Assembly (NCBI GenBank): GCA_964602055.1
Contig: CAZRPU010000004.1
Location: 12,902-76,901 of the forward strand
Direction of reading: 5' to 3'
DNA from: an uncultured Ignavibacteriaceae bacterium
Lineage (GTDB): Bacteria > Bacteroidota > Ignavibacteria > UBA10030
Length of the DNA stretch: 64,000 bases
In this document: piece after piece, positions 54,362-64,000 of the stretch
Position numbering within the stretch: the stretch's first letter is position 1
Layout of the letters: every line of letters begins with the position of its first letter
Translations under genes and position numbers: made by a program
Notes under the pieces: generated by a model
Databases searched by the model: none
Told to the model about the DNA's origin: nothing
The model's input: the letters and a program-made list of their open reading frames with translations, nothing else

Positions 54362-56211
54362 GCACGGTCATCCATCATCAGGAAGAAATCGGCACGCTCC
54401 CGCGGCAGCGCATTTTCCGCATTGTTGCTTTCGGCATCATTGCCGTCCTCCTGTTCCGTCTGTATCAACTGCAGCTGTATTATAACGTCGAGCTCGGGAA
54501 GAAATCGACGGAAAACAGCCTGCGCTCGATCGTCAAAGAGCCGGTACGGGGATATATTTTCGACCGGAACGGAACTCTCGTCGCCGACGTCGGCCCTTCC
54601 TACACGCTCATGGTCACACCCGCGGAGTTCGATCAGCGAACAGTTCCGCTGCTCTCTTCGATTTTGCAGGCTGATCACAGCGAGATCGAGGAACGCATAG
54701 ACCGCGGGCGGGTGTATTCCAGATTTTCCCCAACGCGCGTCAAGCGCGACATTGATTTCAGGAAGCTTTCAGCAATCGAAGAAGTTATCTATCGGCTCCC
54801 CGGCGTCAGTTATCAGGTGGAATCGAAACGCTACTATCCGACATCGGCTTTCGCTTCGCATCTGCTTGGATACTGCAAGGAAATCTCCGATGCTCAGCTC
54901 TCACGCATGGGCGACTACTACAAGCTCGGCGATTTGATCGGCTTTTCGGGACTGGAGTCGACGTACGAAACGATGCTGAGGGGCCAAAAGGGATTCGAGT
55001 TCATCGCCGTCAACGCCCGCGGACAAATCCTCGGCCCTTTTGAAGAAGGCCGAAACGATATTGTCCCCAAGGAAGGATTCGATCTCGTGCTGGGCCTCGA
55101 TGCGCGCGTCCAGGCCTTTGCAGAATCTCTCATGACAAACTACCGCGGCGCGCTTGTCGCCCTGGATCCCTCCAACGGCTCCATCCTGGCGTTGGTCAGC
55201 AAACCGGACTTTGATCTCTCGATTTTCAGCGGTGTAACCCCTCTGGAAGACTGGGTGCGGCTGAACAACGATACGACGAAACCCATGTTCAACCGCGCAA
55301 CAATGACGCGGTATCCCCCGGGCTCAACATTCAAGATGGTTCTTGCGGCGGCCGCACTGCAGGAGGGCATCATCGATGAAAATTACCGCATCACCTGCTA
55401 CGGCGCGTACCGGTTCGGAAACCGAACCTTCAAGGACCTTCATGTCCATGGATCGACCAATGTCGTCGAAGCCATCCAAAAGTCATGCAATGTTTTCTTT
55501 TATCAGCTCATCCACAAAGTCGGACTGGAACGATGGGCTGAGTACTCGCGCAAATTCGGTTTTGGGTCTCCGACGGGGGTGGACTGCGGGGAAGAGACCT
55601 CGGGGTTGGTGCCCTCGACGGTTTTTTTCGATCGTGTCTATGGGAAAGGGAAGTGGACGCAAGGGTATCTCGTGAGTCTGGCGATCGGCCAGGGTGAACT
55701 GGGCGTTTCGCCGTTGCAAATGGCGGTGTATACCTCCGCCCTGGCAAACGGAGGAACTCTCCATCAGCCGCACGCGGTCCAGTTTATCAGGAATAAACTC
55801 ACGAATCGCGTGGAAGAATTTCAGCACAGGACGCAGCAGATCGGCCTCTCTCCCCAGGTCGTACATTTGATCAGAGAGGGGATGATGCGGGCCGTCAATT
55901 TTCCGGGAGGAACGGGAGGTGCGGCGCGGATACCGGACGTGGTTGTTTCCGGAAAAACAGGGACGGCGGAAAATCCGCATGGCGAAGACCATTCGTGGTT
56001 TGTCGGCTTTGCTCCTTTCGACGATCCGAAGATTGCCATTGCCATCATGGTCGAGAATGCGGGTTACGGCGGGTCCAAAGCAGCCCCTATCGCCGGCCTC
56101 GTGATGGAGCAGTACCTTCTGGGCGGAATTCACCGCTATCGTCCCAAAGCCAAACCGGCTCCACCACCGGCCGCCGATTCATCGCGCACGGTTACCCACA
56201 CTGTGGACTAA
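54358..56211 (+). CDS. mrdA: Penicillin-binding protein 2 (elongasome transpeptidase)
   Basis: It has the transpeptidase motifs STFK (PGSTFKMV), SCN and KTGTA. It has an N-terminal TM anchor and a 4-nt overlap with mreD. Confidence 0.93.
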   Translation: MSTVIHHQEEIGTLPRQRIFRIVAFGIIAVLLFRLYQLQLYYNVELGKKSTENSLRSIVKEPVRGYIFDRNGTLVADVGPSYTLMVTPAEFDQRTVPLLSSILQADHSEIEERIDRGRVYSRFSPTRVKRDIDFRKLSAIEEVIYRLPGVSYQVESKRYYPTSAFASHLLGYCKEISDAQLSRMGDYYKLGDLIGFSGLESTYETMLRGQKGFEFIAVNARGQILGPFEEGRNDIVPKEGFDLVLGLDARVQAFAESLMTNYRGALVALDPSNGSILALVSKPDFDLSIFSGVTPLEDWVRLNNDTTKPMFNRATMTRYPPGSTFKMVLAAAALQEGIIDENYRITCYGAYRFGNRTFKDLHVHGSTNVVEAIQKSCNVFFYQLIHKVGLERWAEYSRKFGFGSPTGVDCGEETSGLVPSTVFFDRVYGKGKWTQGYLVSLAIGQGELGVSPLQMAVYTSALANGGTLHQPHAVQFIRNKLTNRVEEFQHRTQQIGLSPQVVHLIREGMMRAVNFPGGTGGAARIPDVVVSGKTGTAENPHGEDHSWFVGFAPFDDPKIAIAIMVENAGYGGSKAAPIAGLVMEQYLLGGIHRYRPKAKPAPPPAADSSRTVTHTVD

Positions 56212-56218
56212 TCATATC

Positions 56219-57439
56219 ATGTTTGAATATTTCAGAGAATATTTCGACTTCAAGACATTCTTTCTGACGATTGCGCTCGTTGCGATCGGCCTCATTTCCG
56301 TCTACAGCGCAACCTACGACGCCGGAGCTGCCGCAATCTTTCAGCGTCAACTCCTTTGGGCGGCTGTCGGGTTTGTCGCTATGCTCGTGACGGCCATACT
56401 TCCCTTGAAGACGATTCACCGGCTTATTTTTCCGGGCTACGTCGTTGTGCTTGTCGTCCTTCTCGTTCTCCTTGTTGTCGGGAAGACAGTGTCAGGTTCG
56501 AAAAGCTGGTTCAGTCTCGCCAAAGACCTTGGAGGACAGCCTTCGGAGTTCGCAAAAGTCATAACTGTGCTCGCCGTGGCTGCTTTTCTTTCGCGTACAA
56601 CGACGGTGGTGTCCGATCCAAAGCACCTGTTTGCTGCCATGGCGATCGTCCTCCTTCCCGCCGCCCTCATTATCGCTCAGCCCGACCTTGGCACGTCGCT
56701 GGTTTTCGTCGCCATGTTGCTTCCGCTTTTGTTCTGGGCGGGGGTTGATAATTTCGTCCTGGCCGCGCTGGTTTCTCCTGTGATTGTTGCAGCTGGTGCA
56801 CTCTTCGGGACATCATTCTTTCTTCTCAGCGTCGTCACAAGCGCGGTACTCCTCTATCTGAGCAGAAAGAACAGGTTCATTGCTGCTGTGGCGTTTGCCG
56901 TTACGCTCTCGGTGGGGGTTTCCGTTCAATTCTTCTTTGAGCGCCTCCCCGCCTATCAGCAGAAACGCGTGATGACATTTCTGAATCCGGAGGCGGACCC
57001 GCTCGGATCGGGGTATAATGTTCTTCAGGCAAAGGTTGCTATCGGATCGGGCGGCCTCTTTGGAAAGGGCTATCTTCAGGGAACGCAGACACAGCTTAAC
57101 TTTATTCCGGAGCAATGGACGGATTTCATTTTTTGCGTTCCCGGCGAGGAGTTTGGCTTCTTCGGCGCTTCGCTTGTCCTGATTCTCTTCGGCGTCTTTC
57201 TCTTTCATGGTATTAAAGTGGCAGCTGCCTCGAAGAACAGATTTGCCAGTATCGGGGCAATCGGCATCACGGCGGTCATCGCAACTCACGTTGTCATCAA
57301 TGTAGGAATGTCGATGGGCTTAATGCCTGTCGTTGGCATTCCATTACCCTTTCTCAGTTATGGGGGATCCGCTTTGCTGGCGACAATGATCATGTCGGGC
57401 CTTCTGATGAACTTTTGGGCAAATCGGAAGGAATACTGA
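56219..57439 (+). CDS. rodA: SEDS-family peptidoglycan polymerase RodA
   Basis: It is a polytopic FtsW/RodA/SpoVE-type protein with PEQWTDFIF and LPFLSYGGSA. It lies directly after mrdA. Confidence 0.93.
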   Translation: MFEYFREYFDFKTFFLTIALVAIGLISVYSATYDAGAAAIFQRQLLWAAVGFVAMLVTAILPLKTIHRLIFPGYVVVLVVLLVLLVVGKTVSGSKSWFSLAKDLGGQPSEFAKVITVLAVAAFLSRTTTVVSDPKHLFAAMAIVLLPAALIIAQPDLGTSLVFVAMLLPLLFWAGVDNFVLAALVSPVIVAAGALFGTSFFLLSVVTSAVLLYLSRKNRFIAAVAFAVTLSVGVSVQFFFERLPAYQQKRVMTFLNPEADPLGSGYNVLQAKVAIGSGGLFGKGYLQGTQTQLNFIPEQWTDFIFCVPGEEFGFFGASLVLILFGVFLFHGIKVAAASKNRFASIGAIGITAVIATHVVINVGMSMGLMPVVGIPLPFLSYGGSALLATMIMSGLLMNFWANRKEY

Positions 57440-57524
57440 TCATCAAGCTGTTTTGTCCAATCTCCGCGACAATCCCTGACTTTTTTGCGTTATACCATTA
57501 TGACGTTCACCACCTGACGGATCC

Positions 57525-58775
57525 ATGAATCAACTTTTGCTGTTTATTTTATTCTTCACGACCATTCTCATCCTTTTTACCCTGATGCAATACAGGTTGT
57601 ATCGGGTCATCCGCCTCTGGGCATCAAAAGTGTATGCCGAACCTGCGCGGAGCAGGTGGCTTCGGCGATCGCGGGCGATTATCCTGGTTCTGAATCTTCT
57701 GTTTCTGAGCCAGATGGTTGTCCGGGGAACAACCGTGTATGAAAGCCCCTTGATCCAATTTGTTCTGGTGTATCCGATGGGGTTGTTTTTTGCCATTGTG
57801 GTGTTTTCTTTTCTGATCGTGTCGGTTGTCGACATTCTCCGATTGATGTTCAACGCACTTCGCCGCCTTCGAACAGGATCTTCTTCGCCGGTGTCCGACA
57901 TTCCACAGCCTGATATTCCCCCGGACGCGGGAAGAAGAAGGTTCTTGAAGCTGGGAGGGCTTTCCACCGCTTCGGCAATCAGTGCCGTCCCCATTCTCGC
58001 CTCTGCTCAGACGGCCAGAGATTACCAGGTGAACAAGCTTTCTCTTTCCTATGCCGGCCTCCCGACAGGTTTGAACGGGTTTACCATCGCTCATGTCAGC
58101 GATATTCATTCCGGCATCTATATGACGGAAAAGAACATGAGGGAGATTTTTGAGCTCGTGAATTCCCTCGGTGCGCAGACAATTGTTGTCACAGGCGATT
58201 TTGTCGATTCATCGGATTCACAGATAGAGCCACTTGCCAAAGCGCTGCAGATGCTGAAAGCAGAGTACGGGCTGTACGGGTGTCTTGGAAACCACGATCA
58301 TTTTGCCACGGTCCAGAGGGTCGCTGCCGCCGTCGAACAATGCGGCGTCACCCTGCTCAAGAATTCCCATGCATCGCTCACGATAGACGGCGATGCACTT
58401 TCTCTTGTAGGGATTGACGATGCCGGCCGCGGGCAATCGAACTTTGCCGACTGGCACAAGGCATTGAACGGCCTCCATCCCGATTCTTTCAAGATAGCAT
58501 TGACCCATCGGCCCGACCAATGGGACCAGAGCAGGTCCCTCGGTATGGACCTTACGCTCGCCGGACACACCCATGGCGGTCAGGTGGGGTTCCAGCTGGG
58601 TCCGTTGAATCTCAATCCCGTGTATCTTGTTCATAGGTACGCGATGGGCCTGTACACTGAAGGCGAGAAGCATCTTTATGTCAATGTCGGGGTGGGCATG
58701 GTGGGGGTGCCGATAAGAATGGTGAAACCGGAAGTGACGCTGTTAACGCTGCAACGCACTCCGGCGACTACCTGA
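57525..58775 (+). CDS. Membrane-associated metallophosphoesterase (YkuE-like) with an internal twin-arginine-like motif
   Basis: It has three N-terminal hydrophobic helices followed by GRRRFLKLGG. The calcineurin-like motifs HVSDIHSG, GDFVD, GNHD and GHTHGG are present. Confidence 0.8.
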   Translation: MNQLLLFILFFTTILILFTLMQYRLYRVIRLWASKVYAEPARSRWLRRSRAIILVLNLLFLSQMVVRGTTVYESPLIQFVLVYPMGLFFAIVVFSFLIVSVVDILRLMFNALRRLRTGSSSPVSDIPQPDIPPDAGRRRFLKLGGLSTASAISAVPILASAQTARDYQVNKLSLSYAGLPTGLNGFTIAHVSDIHSGIYMTEKNMREIFELVNSLGAQTIVVTGDFVDSSDSQIEPLAKALQMLKAEYGLYGCLGNHDHFATVQRVAAAVEQCGVTLLKNSHASLTIDGDALSLVGIDDAGRGQSNFADWHKALNGLHPDSFKIALTHRPDQWDQSRSLGMDLTLAGHTHGGQVGFQLGPLNLNPVYLVHRYAMGLYTEGEKHLYVNVGVGMVGVPIRMVKPEVTLLTLQRTPATT

Positions 58776-58839
58776 TGTAATCGTTCATTGATTGTGGCGT
58801 CACTTTTCGCTACGCTGCTTTCTCGACCTTTCCGTTTCC

Positions 58840-59652
58840 ATGACACTGAGTTCCTTCTTGCTGCTATTTGCCGGTGGATGTGTTGCCGGTACCATGGGCT
58901 CCCTCCTTGGCCTCGGCGGCGGCATTTTTCTCATTCCGTTTCTTACCCTCGTACTTGACCTTCCCATGCATCAGGCGATCGCCACCAGTATTATTGCCGT
59001 CATTGCCACATCCACCGCCGGCGCTGCCATCAACGTGGAGCGAAGAACGGTCCACATCAAACTCGGGATGATCCTTGAAACCACGACTGTTGCGGGAGCA
59101 ATTGTCGGAGGCCTCTCAGCAATGGCCTTAAGCGGAGCTGTACTCTCCAGGATTTTTGCGTGGCTCCTCATCGTGGTTGCAGGCATCATGGCCTGGCGAA
59201 CAAGTGTTCATCGCGCTGCGCCCCCTGACACCATGGATGGTATCCTTCCCGCCTCGTTCTATGACGAGAGTTCAGGAAGCACCATCAAGTACTCTGTTCA
59301 TCGGATTCCTGCCGCCATGGCTGTGTCTCTCCTTGCCGGGAACATTTCAGGATTGCTGGGCGTTGGGGGCGGCATCTTCAAGGTTCCCGCAATGCATCTT
59401 CTTTGCAGAATACCGATGAAGGCGGCCACTGCTACCAGCAACTTCATGATCGGTGTTACAGCAGCAGCGAGCGCTTTCATCTATTTTGCCCACGGCCATG
59501 TGAACCCGACAGTCGCATCATCCGCTTGTCTCGGCGTTCTTGGAGGATCCTTTTTCGGATCCTGGCTCAGCGGGAGAATTGAGACCCGCGTGCTGACGTG
59601 GATTTTCATCGCCGTTCTCCTGTTGGTTTCCGTTCAATTCTTCAGCCGGTGA
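58840..59652 (+). CDS. TauE/SafE (DUF81) family anion exporter
   Basis: The start was chosen at the ATG at 58840. It is a polytopic protein with duplicated GxGGG motifs (LLGLGGGIFLIPFL and LLGVGGGIFKVPAM). Confidence 0.75.
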   Translation: MTLSSFLLLFAGGCVAGTMGSLLGLGGGIFLIPFLTLVLDLPMHQAIATSIIAVIATSTAGAAINVERRTVHIKLGMILETTTVAGAIVGGLSAMALSGAVLSRIFAWLLIVVAGIMAWRTSVHRAAPPDTMDGILPASFYDESSGSTIKYSVHRIPAAMAVSLLAGNISGLLGVGGGIFKVPAMHLLCRIPMKAATATSNFMIGVTAAASAFIYFAHGHVNPTVASSACLGVLGGSFFGSWLSGRIETRVLTWIFIAVLLLVSVQFFSR

Positions 59653-59655
59653 CAC

Positions 59656-60030
59656 ATGATCCCAGACCAACAACACAACGCCGAGCGGTGGGTTGCGCAT
59701 GTTCTCCGGACGGGAATTGTGCTCAGTTCGGTGTTGCTCATCGCCGGCTTGATTCTTCTGGCATTGCAGGACGGGACCCCGGGCCTTTCACATCACAATC
59801 CCTCCCCGTCAGACACTTTCGGAATCTTCTCCATCGGCGTACAGTCGCAGTCTCCTTCGGCTGCAGTTGTACTCTCCTCGGCTGGACTTCTTCTATTGAT
59901 GAGCACTCCGTTTGTTCGCGTTGCTGCAACCTTCGTTGTCTTTCTTCTGGAACGCGATTGGGCATTTGCGGCTGTCGCGGCAATTGTCCTTTTTTTGTTG
60001 ATCGGAGAACTTTTGTTCGCGGTCCGCTGA
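59656..60030 (+). CDS. DUF1634-like small membrane protein
   Basis: 124 aa with three to four TM helices. It starts 3 nt after the TauE gene, and this pairing is common for DUF81/DUF1634. Confidence 0.55.
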   Translation: MIPDQQHNAERWVAHVLRTGIVLSSVLLIAGLILLALQDGTPGLSHHNPSPSDTFGIFSIGVQSQSPSAAVVLSSAGLLLLMSTPFVRVAATFVVFLLERDWAFAAVAAIVLFLLIGELLFAVR

Positions 60031-60106
60031 GTACGCTGCTCGACATTCCTCCTTGCATTGCCGAGAATTCTTCGTACATTGCCGACTCCATTACACGGGA
60101 AGCGCG

Positions 60107-60646
60107 ATGATTCTATCGGATAAGAAGATTCTTCAGGAAATGAAAGAGGGTTCCATTGTCATCAAACCATTCAATCGGAAGTATCTCGGTTCCAACAGTT
60201 ATGATGTCCATCTGGGTGAGTGGCTTGCGATGTATGACGAAGAAATTTTGGATTCCAAGAAGCATAACAGCGTCCATTACTTCAAAATCCCTCCTGAGGG
60301 GCTTATTCTTGTCCCCAGTAAACTGTATCTCGGCGTGACAAAGGAATACACCGAAACGCACAGGCATGTGCCCTTTCTTGAAGGGAAAAGCAGTATTGGC
60401 CGGCTTGGGATTGACATTCATGCTACTGCGGGAAAGGGTGACGTGGGGTTTTGCAATACCTGGACGCTTGAAATTTCCGTCCGTCAACCCGTTCGCATTT
60501 ATGCCGGGATGCCCATCGGCCAGTTGATCTATTTCGAAATTTCCGGGGAGGTCGAGGTTCCTTATTCGGCCAAGAAGGGCGCCAAATATAACAAGCGGGG
60601 AATCAAGCCGGTAGAATCCATGATGTGGAAGAACTTCCGTTCATGA
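60107..60646 (+). CDS. dcd: dCTP deaminase
   Basis: The start was chosen at the ATG at 60107. It has MILSDKKILQEM..., GSNSYDVHLG, EGKSSIGRLGI and TLEI motifs of the dUTPase-fold Dcd family. Confidence 0.88.
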   Translation: MILSDKKILQEMKEGSIVIKPFNRKYLGSNSYDVHLGEWLAMYDEEILDSKKHNSVHYFKIPPEGLILVPSKLYLGVTKEYTETHRHVPFLEGKSSIGRLGIDIHATAGKGDVGFCNTWTLEISVRQPVRIYAGMPIGQLIYFEISGEVEVPYSAKKGAKYNKRGIKPVESMMWKNFRS

Positions 60647-60665
60647 AACATTTTCCAAGATTGCG

Positions 60666-61487
60666 ATGAACTTTCTCGAGCGACTGCGCGGCCTCCAAAA
60701 AAAGCAAAATTCTCTTTTATGCATCGGCCTGGATACGGACCCTGCCCATTTACCACCGCACCTGGGAGCGCGTCCGGAATCCGTACTCGAGTTTAACAGA
60801 GAGATCATCGCGGCGACCGGCGACCTTGCATGCGCCTATAAGATGAACCTCGCTTTTTACGACGCTCTTGGACGGAACGGGTGGGACATATTGCACGAAA
60901 CGATGAGCCGTCTTCCGCCCGAGGTTCTCACCATCGGGGATGGAAAACGGGCCGATATAGGGAATACATCGGAAAAGTACGTCAAAGCTTTGTTGCGGGA
61001 TTTACATTTTGATGCAGTGACGGTCCATCCTTATATGGGGTCCGACTCCGTCGAACCGTTCCTGAAGGATGACTCCCGGGGAATTTTCATTGTCGCCCTC
61101 ACCTCCAATCCCGGATCCAGGGATTTTCAGCGATTGAAGGCCGGATCCCTGCCTCTCTGGAAGCATGTGGCCCAGAAGGCAAAGAAATGGAATTCGGGGA
61201 AAAACGTTGGACTCGTGATCGGCGCAACACATCCGCGTGAGCTGCGTGAGGTGCGATCGATCGTGCCGGAGATGCCCCTCCTGATTCCCGGAATCGGAAA
61301 GCAGGGAGGCGACCTTCGCTCGGCCGTAAAGTATGGATGCGACCGAAACGGTCTTTCGGCTCTTATCAATGTCGGACGAAGCATCTTGTACGCTTCTGAC
61401 ACCCGCGATTTTGCCGCGGCCGCCCGCGCCGAAGCACTCAGGCTCAGGGACGAAATCAATTCGCTCCGGGGGAAACTCTTCGCATAA
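60666..61487 (+). CDS. pyrF: Orotidine-5'-phosphate decarboxylase (type 2)
   Basis: It has LCIGLDTD, the KMNLAFY...GDGKRADIGNT active-site region and PGIGKQGG. Confidence 0.9.
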   Translation: MNFLERLRGLQKKQNSLLCIGLDTDPAHLPPHLGARPESVLEFNREIIAATGDLACAYKMNLAFYDALGRNGWDILHETMSRLPPEVLTIGDGKRADIGNTSEKYVKALLRDLHFDAVTVHPYMGSDSVEPFLKDDSRGIFIVALTSNPGSRDFQRLKAGSLPLWKHVAQKAKKWNSGKNVGLVIGATHPRELREVRSIVPEMPLLIPGIGKQGGDLRSAVKYGCDRNGLSALINVGRSILYASDTRDFAAAARAEALRLRDEINSLRGKLFA

Positions 61488-61571
61488 GCTCTCGCTCCAT
61501 TCCGACTCTGGGGGGAAACAACCATTCGCGAGCAATTCCTTCGATATCTTTGGAGTCATCGGAATTTTCGT

Positions 61572-63011
61572 ATGTCTGAGCTTCGGACAACCGATGCCCG
61601 GCAGATAGAAATTCTGTCCCCGGGCCGGATGAACGACGGCTCAGGACCGGACGTCAGGGGCGCCGTCATTCGCATCGGCGGCACTGTCTTCTCCGGCGAC
61701 GTGGAGTTTCATCGAACCGCCCCCGAGTGGGACAGGCATGAGCATCATCGCCAGCCGTCCTACAACACGGTGATCCTTCATGTCGTGTTGCACCCGCCGG
61801 CAGTTCCCATCGCCACGTATGCCCACAGCGGACGCGTCATCCCGATACTCCCTCTCCTGCCATACCTTACACGGCCGCTTGATGAGCTGTTGAAGCAATA
61901 TCAAACCGATGAGCGAACAGCCACTTCTCTCGCGTGCTGCGGATTGACTCACTCTGTTCCCTCTGAAATAATCAGGCATTGGCTCCTTCATCTGGACGCC
62001 GAACGCCTGGAGTCAAGAATGCATCAATTTCAGGAAAGGCTTTGGGAGCTTGTCTATGATCGCCGGAGGGACGTGGCTGAACCGTGGAAGCGTTATGGAC
62101 AGGATCATATCGAAGGATCTCCGGAGGAAATTCCCTTGCCTGAAAAAGACGTTTCGCGGAGGGAACTCTCTGATCGGAGGCTTTGGGAACAGGTGTTGTA
62201 TGAGTCGGTCATGGAGGGGCTTGGCTACAGCAGGAACCGAGAACCGTTCATCCGCCTTGCCCGTATTCTCTCTCTCAGTCGGATCCGATCGTTACATGCG
62301 GAGGATGATCGCCTCAGGCTTTTGGCCCTCTTCTATGGTGTTGCCGGCTTGATTCCGGTCATCCGATCGATGAAAGAATCGGTTTCAAAGCATTACGTCC
62401 GGATTCTCCGCAGGCATTGGCTGGAATGGCGAACGCTTGTTCGAACAGAGAGGATGAATCTTGCCGACTGGCAGTTTTCACCGACGCGCCCTCAAAATTT
62501 CCCCACTCTTCGGATTAACGCAGCTGCTCAGCTGGTAAATAAGATAATCTGCGGCAATCTGTTTCAATCCATCATTCAGATTATCAAGAATGCTCATGCC
62601 CAAACGGCGTCCCTCAAATCTCTTCGCCGGTTGTTTGCCGTTGAGCCGGATCCCTTCTGGTCGACACACTTTCACTTTGACAGGCCGGCGAAGCGGCCGA
62701 TGACTCCGCTGGGAACCGATAGAATCGACGACATTCTCGTGAACGCAGTTTTTCCGCTTTGTCTTCTCTATGCCCGGGTTTTTGCCGACAGAAATGTCCG
62801 GCGAGGAGTTCTTGAACTCCGTGATCATTCTCCGCTGTTGGCATCCAACAACACTACGCGCATTGTGGAGAGGGAGTTGTTCGCGGGGAGGCAGGGCCTG
62901 GAGACTCTTCGCTTGCAACAAGGGGGGATTCAGCTGTACCGGCAATACTGTGCAAGAATCCGGTGTGCCGAGTGTGAAATCGGGAAACGGGTTTTTGCGC
63001 CGCAGGCCTAG
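61572..63011 (+). CDS. DUF2851 family protein
   Basis: The N-terminal GPDVRGAVIRIGG...GDVEFHRTAPEWDRHEHHRQPSYNTVILHVV and a C-terminal Cys pair (CARIRCAEC) are typical of DUF2851. Confidence 0.6.
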   Translation: MSELRTTDARQIEILSPGRMNDGSGPDVRGAVIRIGGTVFSGDVEFHRTAPEWDRHEHHRQPSYNTVILHVVLHPPAVPIATYAHSGRVIPILPLLPYLTRPLDELLKQYQTDERTATSLACCGLTHSVPSEIIRHWLLHLDAERLESRMHQFQERLWELVYDRRRDVAEPWKRYGQDHIEGSPEEIPLPEKDVSRRELSDRRLWEQVLYESVMEGLGYSRNREPFIRLARILSLSRIRSLHAEDDRLRLLALFYGVAGLIPVIRSMKESVSKHYVRILRRHWLEWRTLVRTERMNLADWQFSPTRPQNFPTLRINAAAQLVNKIICGNLFQSIIQIIKNAHAQTASLKSLRRLFAVEPDPFWSTHFHFDRPAKRPMTPLGTDRIDDILVNAVFPLCLLYARVFADRNVRRGVLELRDHSPLLASNNTTRIVERELFAGRQGLETLRLQQGGIQLYRQYCARIRCAECEIGKRVFAPQA

Positions 63012-64000
63012 GTTTTCTGCTGCTTCTTTTTCGCCGCGGGGAAAAGCACGTTGTTGAGAATGAGCCGGTAGCCGGGGGAATTCTTGTAGAGACTGAGATC
63101 TGTGGGGGGATCGCCCACCTGATGCTGATAGTCCTCGGGATCATGACCTCCATACCATGTGAACGTTCCCCGTCCGAAGTTGCCGTGGATATAACGCGCC
63201 TCCTCGGTTCCTTCCCGCTCTGCGAGAATCACAACGGTCCTCTTGATCAGGCTCTTCCGAAAGGCCGTTGTCTGCCCCATGAAGCCCCTGACGATATTTA
63301 CGTGATTCTGCGTGAGCATAGTCGGCACGGGATCATATTTCGCCGAGAATTCAAAAAGAGTGAAATAGTCGGTATTCGGATCGCGCAGGGGTGGCGGGTC
63401 ACTCGGAGGATTATCGATGTCCGAATATTCGTATCGGAGCGGATTCATGTCCAGTGTGAAATTTTCAAATGCCATCGTCTGCGTGAAGTCAAGTTTCTTC
63501 TGGGCGTCCCGGTCGGGCGGGTCGCCGTCGAACATGACGTCGCACATGTCCACCTCGCCTGCCGCGAGAGCGATGTCATAGCTGTCCGTCGCCGAGCACA
63601 TGGCAAACATGAACCCACCCTGGCCGATGTATTCCTTGATGGCCCGTGCAATGGCCTTCTTTTCCTCCGCAACTTTTCGAAAGCCAAGTCTTTTCGCCTC
63701 GCGTTCATACAAGAGCTGTTGCTCAATATACCACTGGGCATGCCTGTAATTCGCGTAGAACTTCCCGTACTGGCCGGTGAAATCTTCGTGATGCAGATGC
63801 AGCCAATCATATTCCGACAACTTGCCCGAGAGGACTTCTTCGTCCCAAATCTTGGTGTAGGGGATTTCCGCATATTCGAGCGCCAGCGTCACGGCATCGT
63901 CCCAGGGTTTGAAGTTCGGTGGAACGTACACCGCGATCTTCGGCGCTTTTTCGAGCCGAATGACATCCTTGTTATTGTCATCGCGTTGGACGTCGGCATA
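63008..64000 (-). CDS. Conserved hypothetical protein, N-terminus outside the window
   Basis: The frame stays open upstream of the GTG at 63931 to the window edge (...YADVQRDDNNKDVIRLEKAPKIAVYVPP...). GGFMFAMCSATD may be a nucleophile-elbow-like Cys. I cannot name the family with confidence. Confidence 0.5.
   Translation of the reverse strand, partial: YADVQRDDNNKDVIRLEKAPKIAVYVPPNFKPWDDAVTLALEYAEIPYTKIWDEEVLSGKLSEYDWLHLHHEDFTGQYGKFYANYRHAQWYIEQQLLYEREAKRLGFRKVAEEKKAIARAIKEYIGQGGFMFAMCSATDSYDIALAAGEVDMCDVMFDGDPPDRDAQKKLDFTQTMAFENFTLDMNPLRYEYSDIDNPPSDPPPLRDPNTDYFTLFEFSAKYDPVPTMLTQNHVNIVRGFMGQTTAFRKSLIKRTVVILAEREGTEEARYIHGNFGRGTFTWYGGHDPEDYQHQVGDPPTDLSLYKNSPGYRLILNNVLFPAAKKKQQKT

Noticed and set aside
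1-64000. A search for mobile elements, defence genes (restriction-modification, toxin-antitoxin, Cas, abortive-infection ATPases or nucleases), rRNA, tRNA and riboswitches.
   Set aside because: No transposase, integrase, nuclease or ATPase defence signatures were seen. No long inverted terminal repeats and no conserved RNA motifs appear in the short intergenic gaps. The window is mostly core-genome-like.

Overview
This is a densely coded, moderately GC-rich bacterial chromosomal segment with about 56 protein genes and no intergenic gap longer than about 230 nt. I found no rRNA, tRNA, CRISPR array, transposase, integrase or phage gene. All function calls rest on motifs I recognise by eye in the supplied translations; no database search was run. 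The gene content looks like the FCB group (Ignavibacteria, Chlorobi or Bacteroidota-like): an argC-J-B-F-R-G operon, DUF2851, DUF3108 and DUF4139 genes, and many secreted peptidases. The clearest promoters, however, are sigma70-type (TTGNNN-N17-TATAAT).

Layout:
- 1-10.2 kb (+): two hydrolases, an RsbW-like kinase with a STAS protein, an ECF sigma/anti-sigma pair, an unusual nonapeptide-repeat membrane protein, a large HExxH/PD40 protein, a PrsW-type intramembrane protease and an eIF-2B-family protein.
- 10.3-28.7 kb (+): DNA alkylation repair, M61 and two M1 peptidases, a TonB-dependent receptor, envelope and lipid genes, a D-aminoacylase and a DUF4139 gene.
- 28.7-40.9 kb (-): argH, then arsC-arsN2-arsM-arsR, a cell-wall amidase, argG-argR-argF-argB-argJ-argC with an ARG-box operator, and an outer-membrane beta-barrel gene.
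- 41-48.4 kb: ychF, an M16 peptidase pair and a sortilin/BNR protein.
- 48.6-63 kb (+): ldcA, purN-purH, mreBCD-mrdA-rodA, a metallophosphoesterase, TauE with DUF1634, dcd, pyrF and DUF2851.
- 63.0-64.0 kb (-): a conserved hypothetical gene cut by the window edge.

Most of the window is ordinary housekeeping DNA, and I see no canonical defence island. The best candidate for something undescribed is the regulatory and proteolytic cluster at about 1.9-10.2 kb. Its standout is a membrane-anchored protein (4154-5143) built from 26-27 perfectly phased 9-residue repeats, encoded as the terminal cistron of the ECF sigma/anti-sigma operon.
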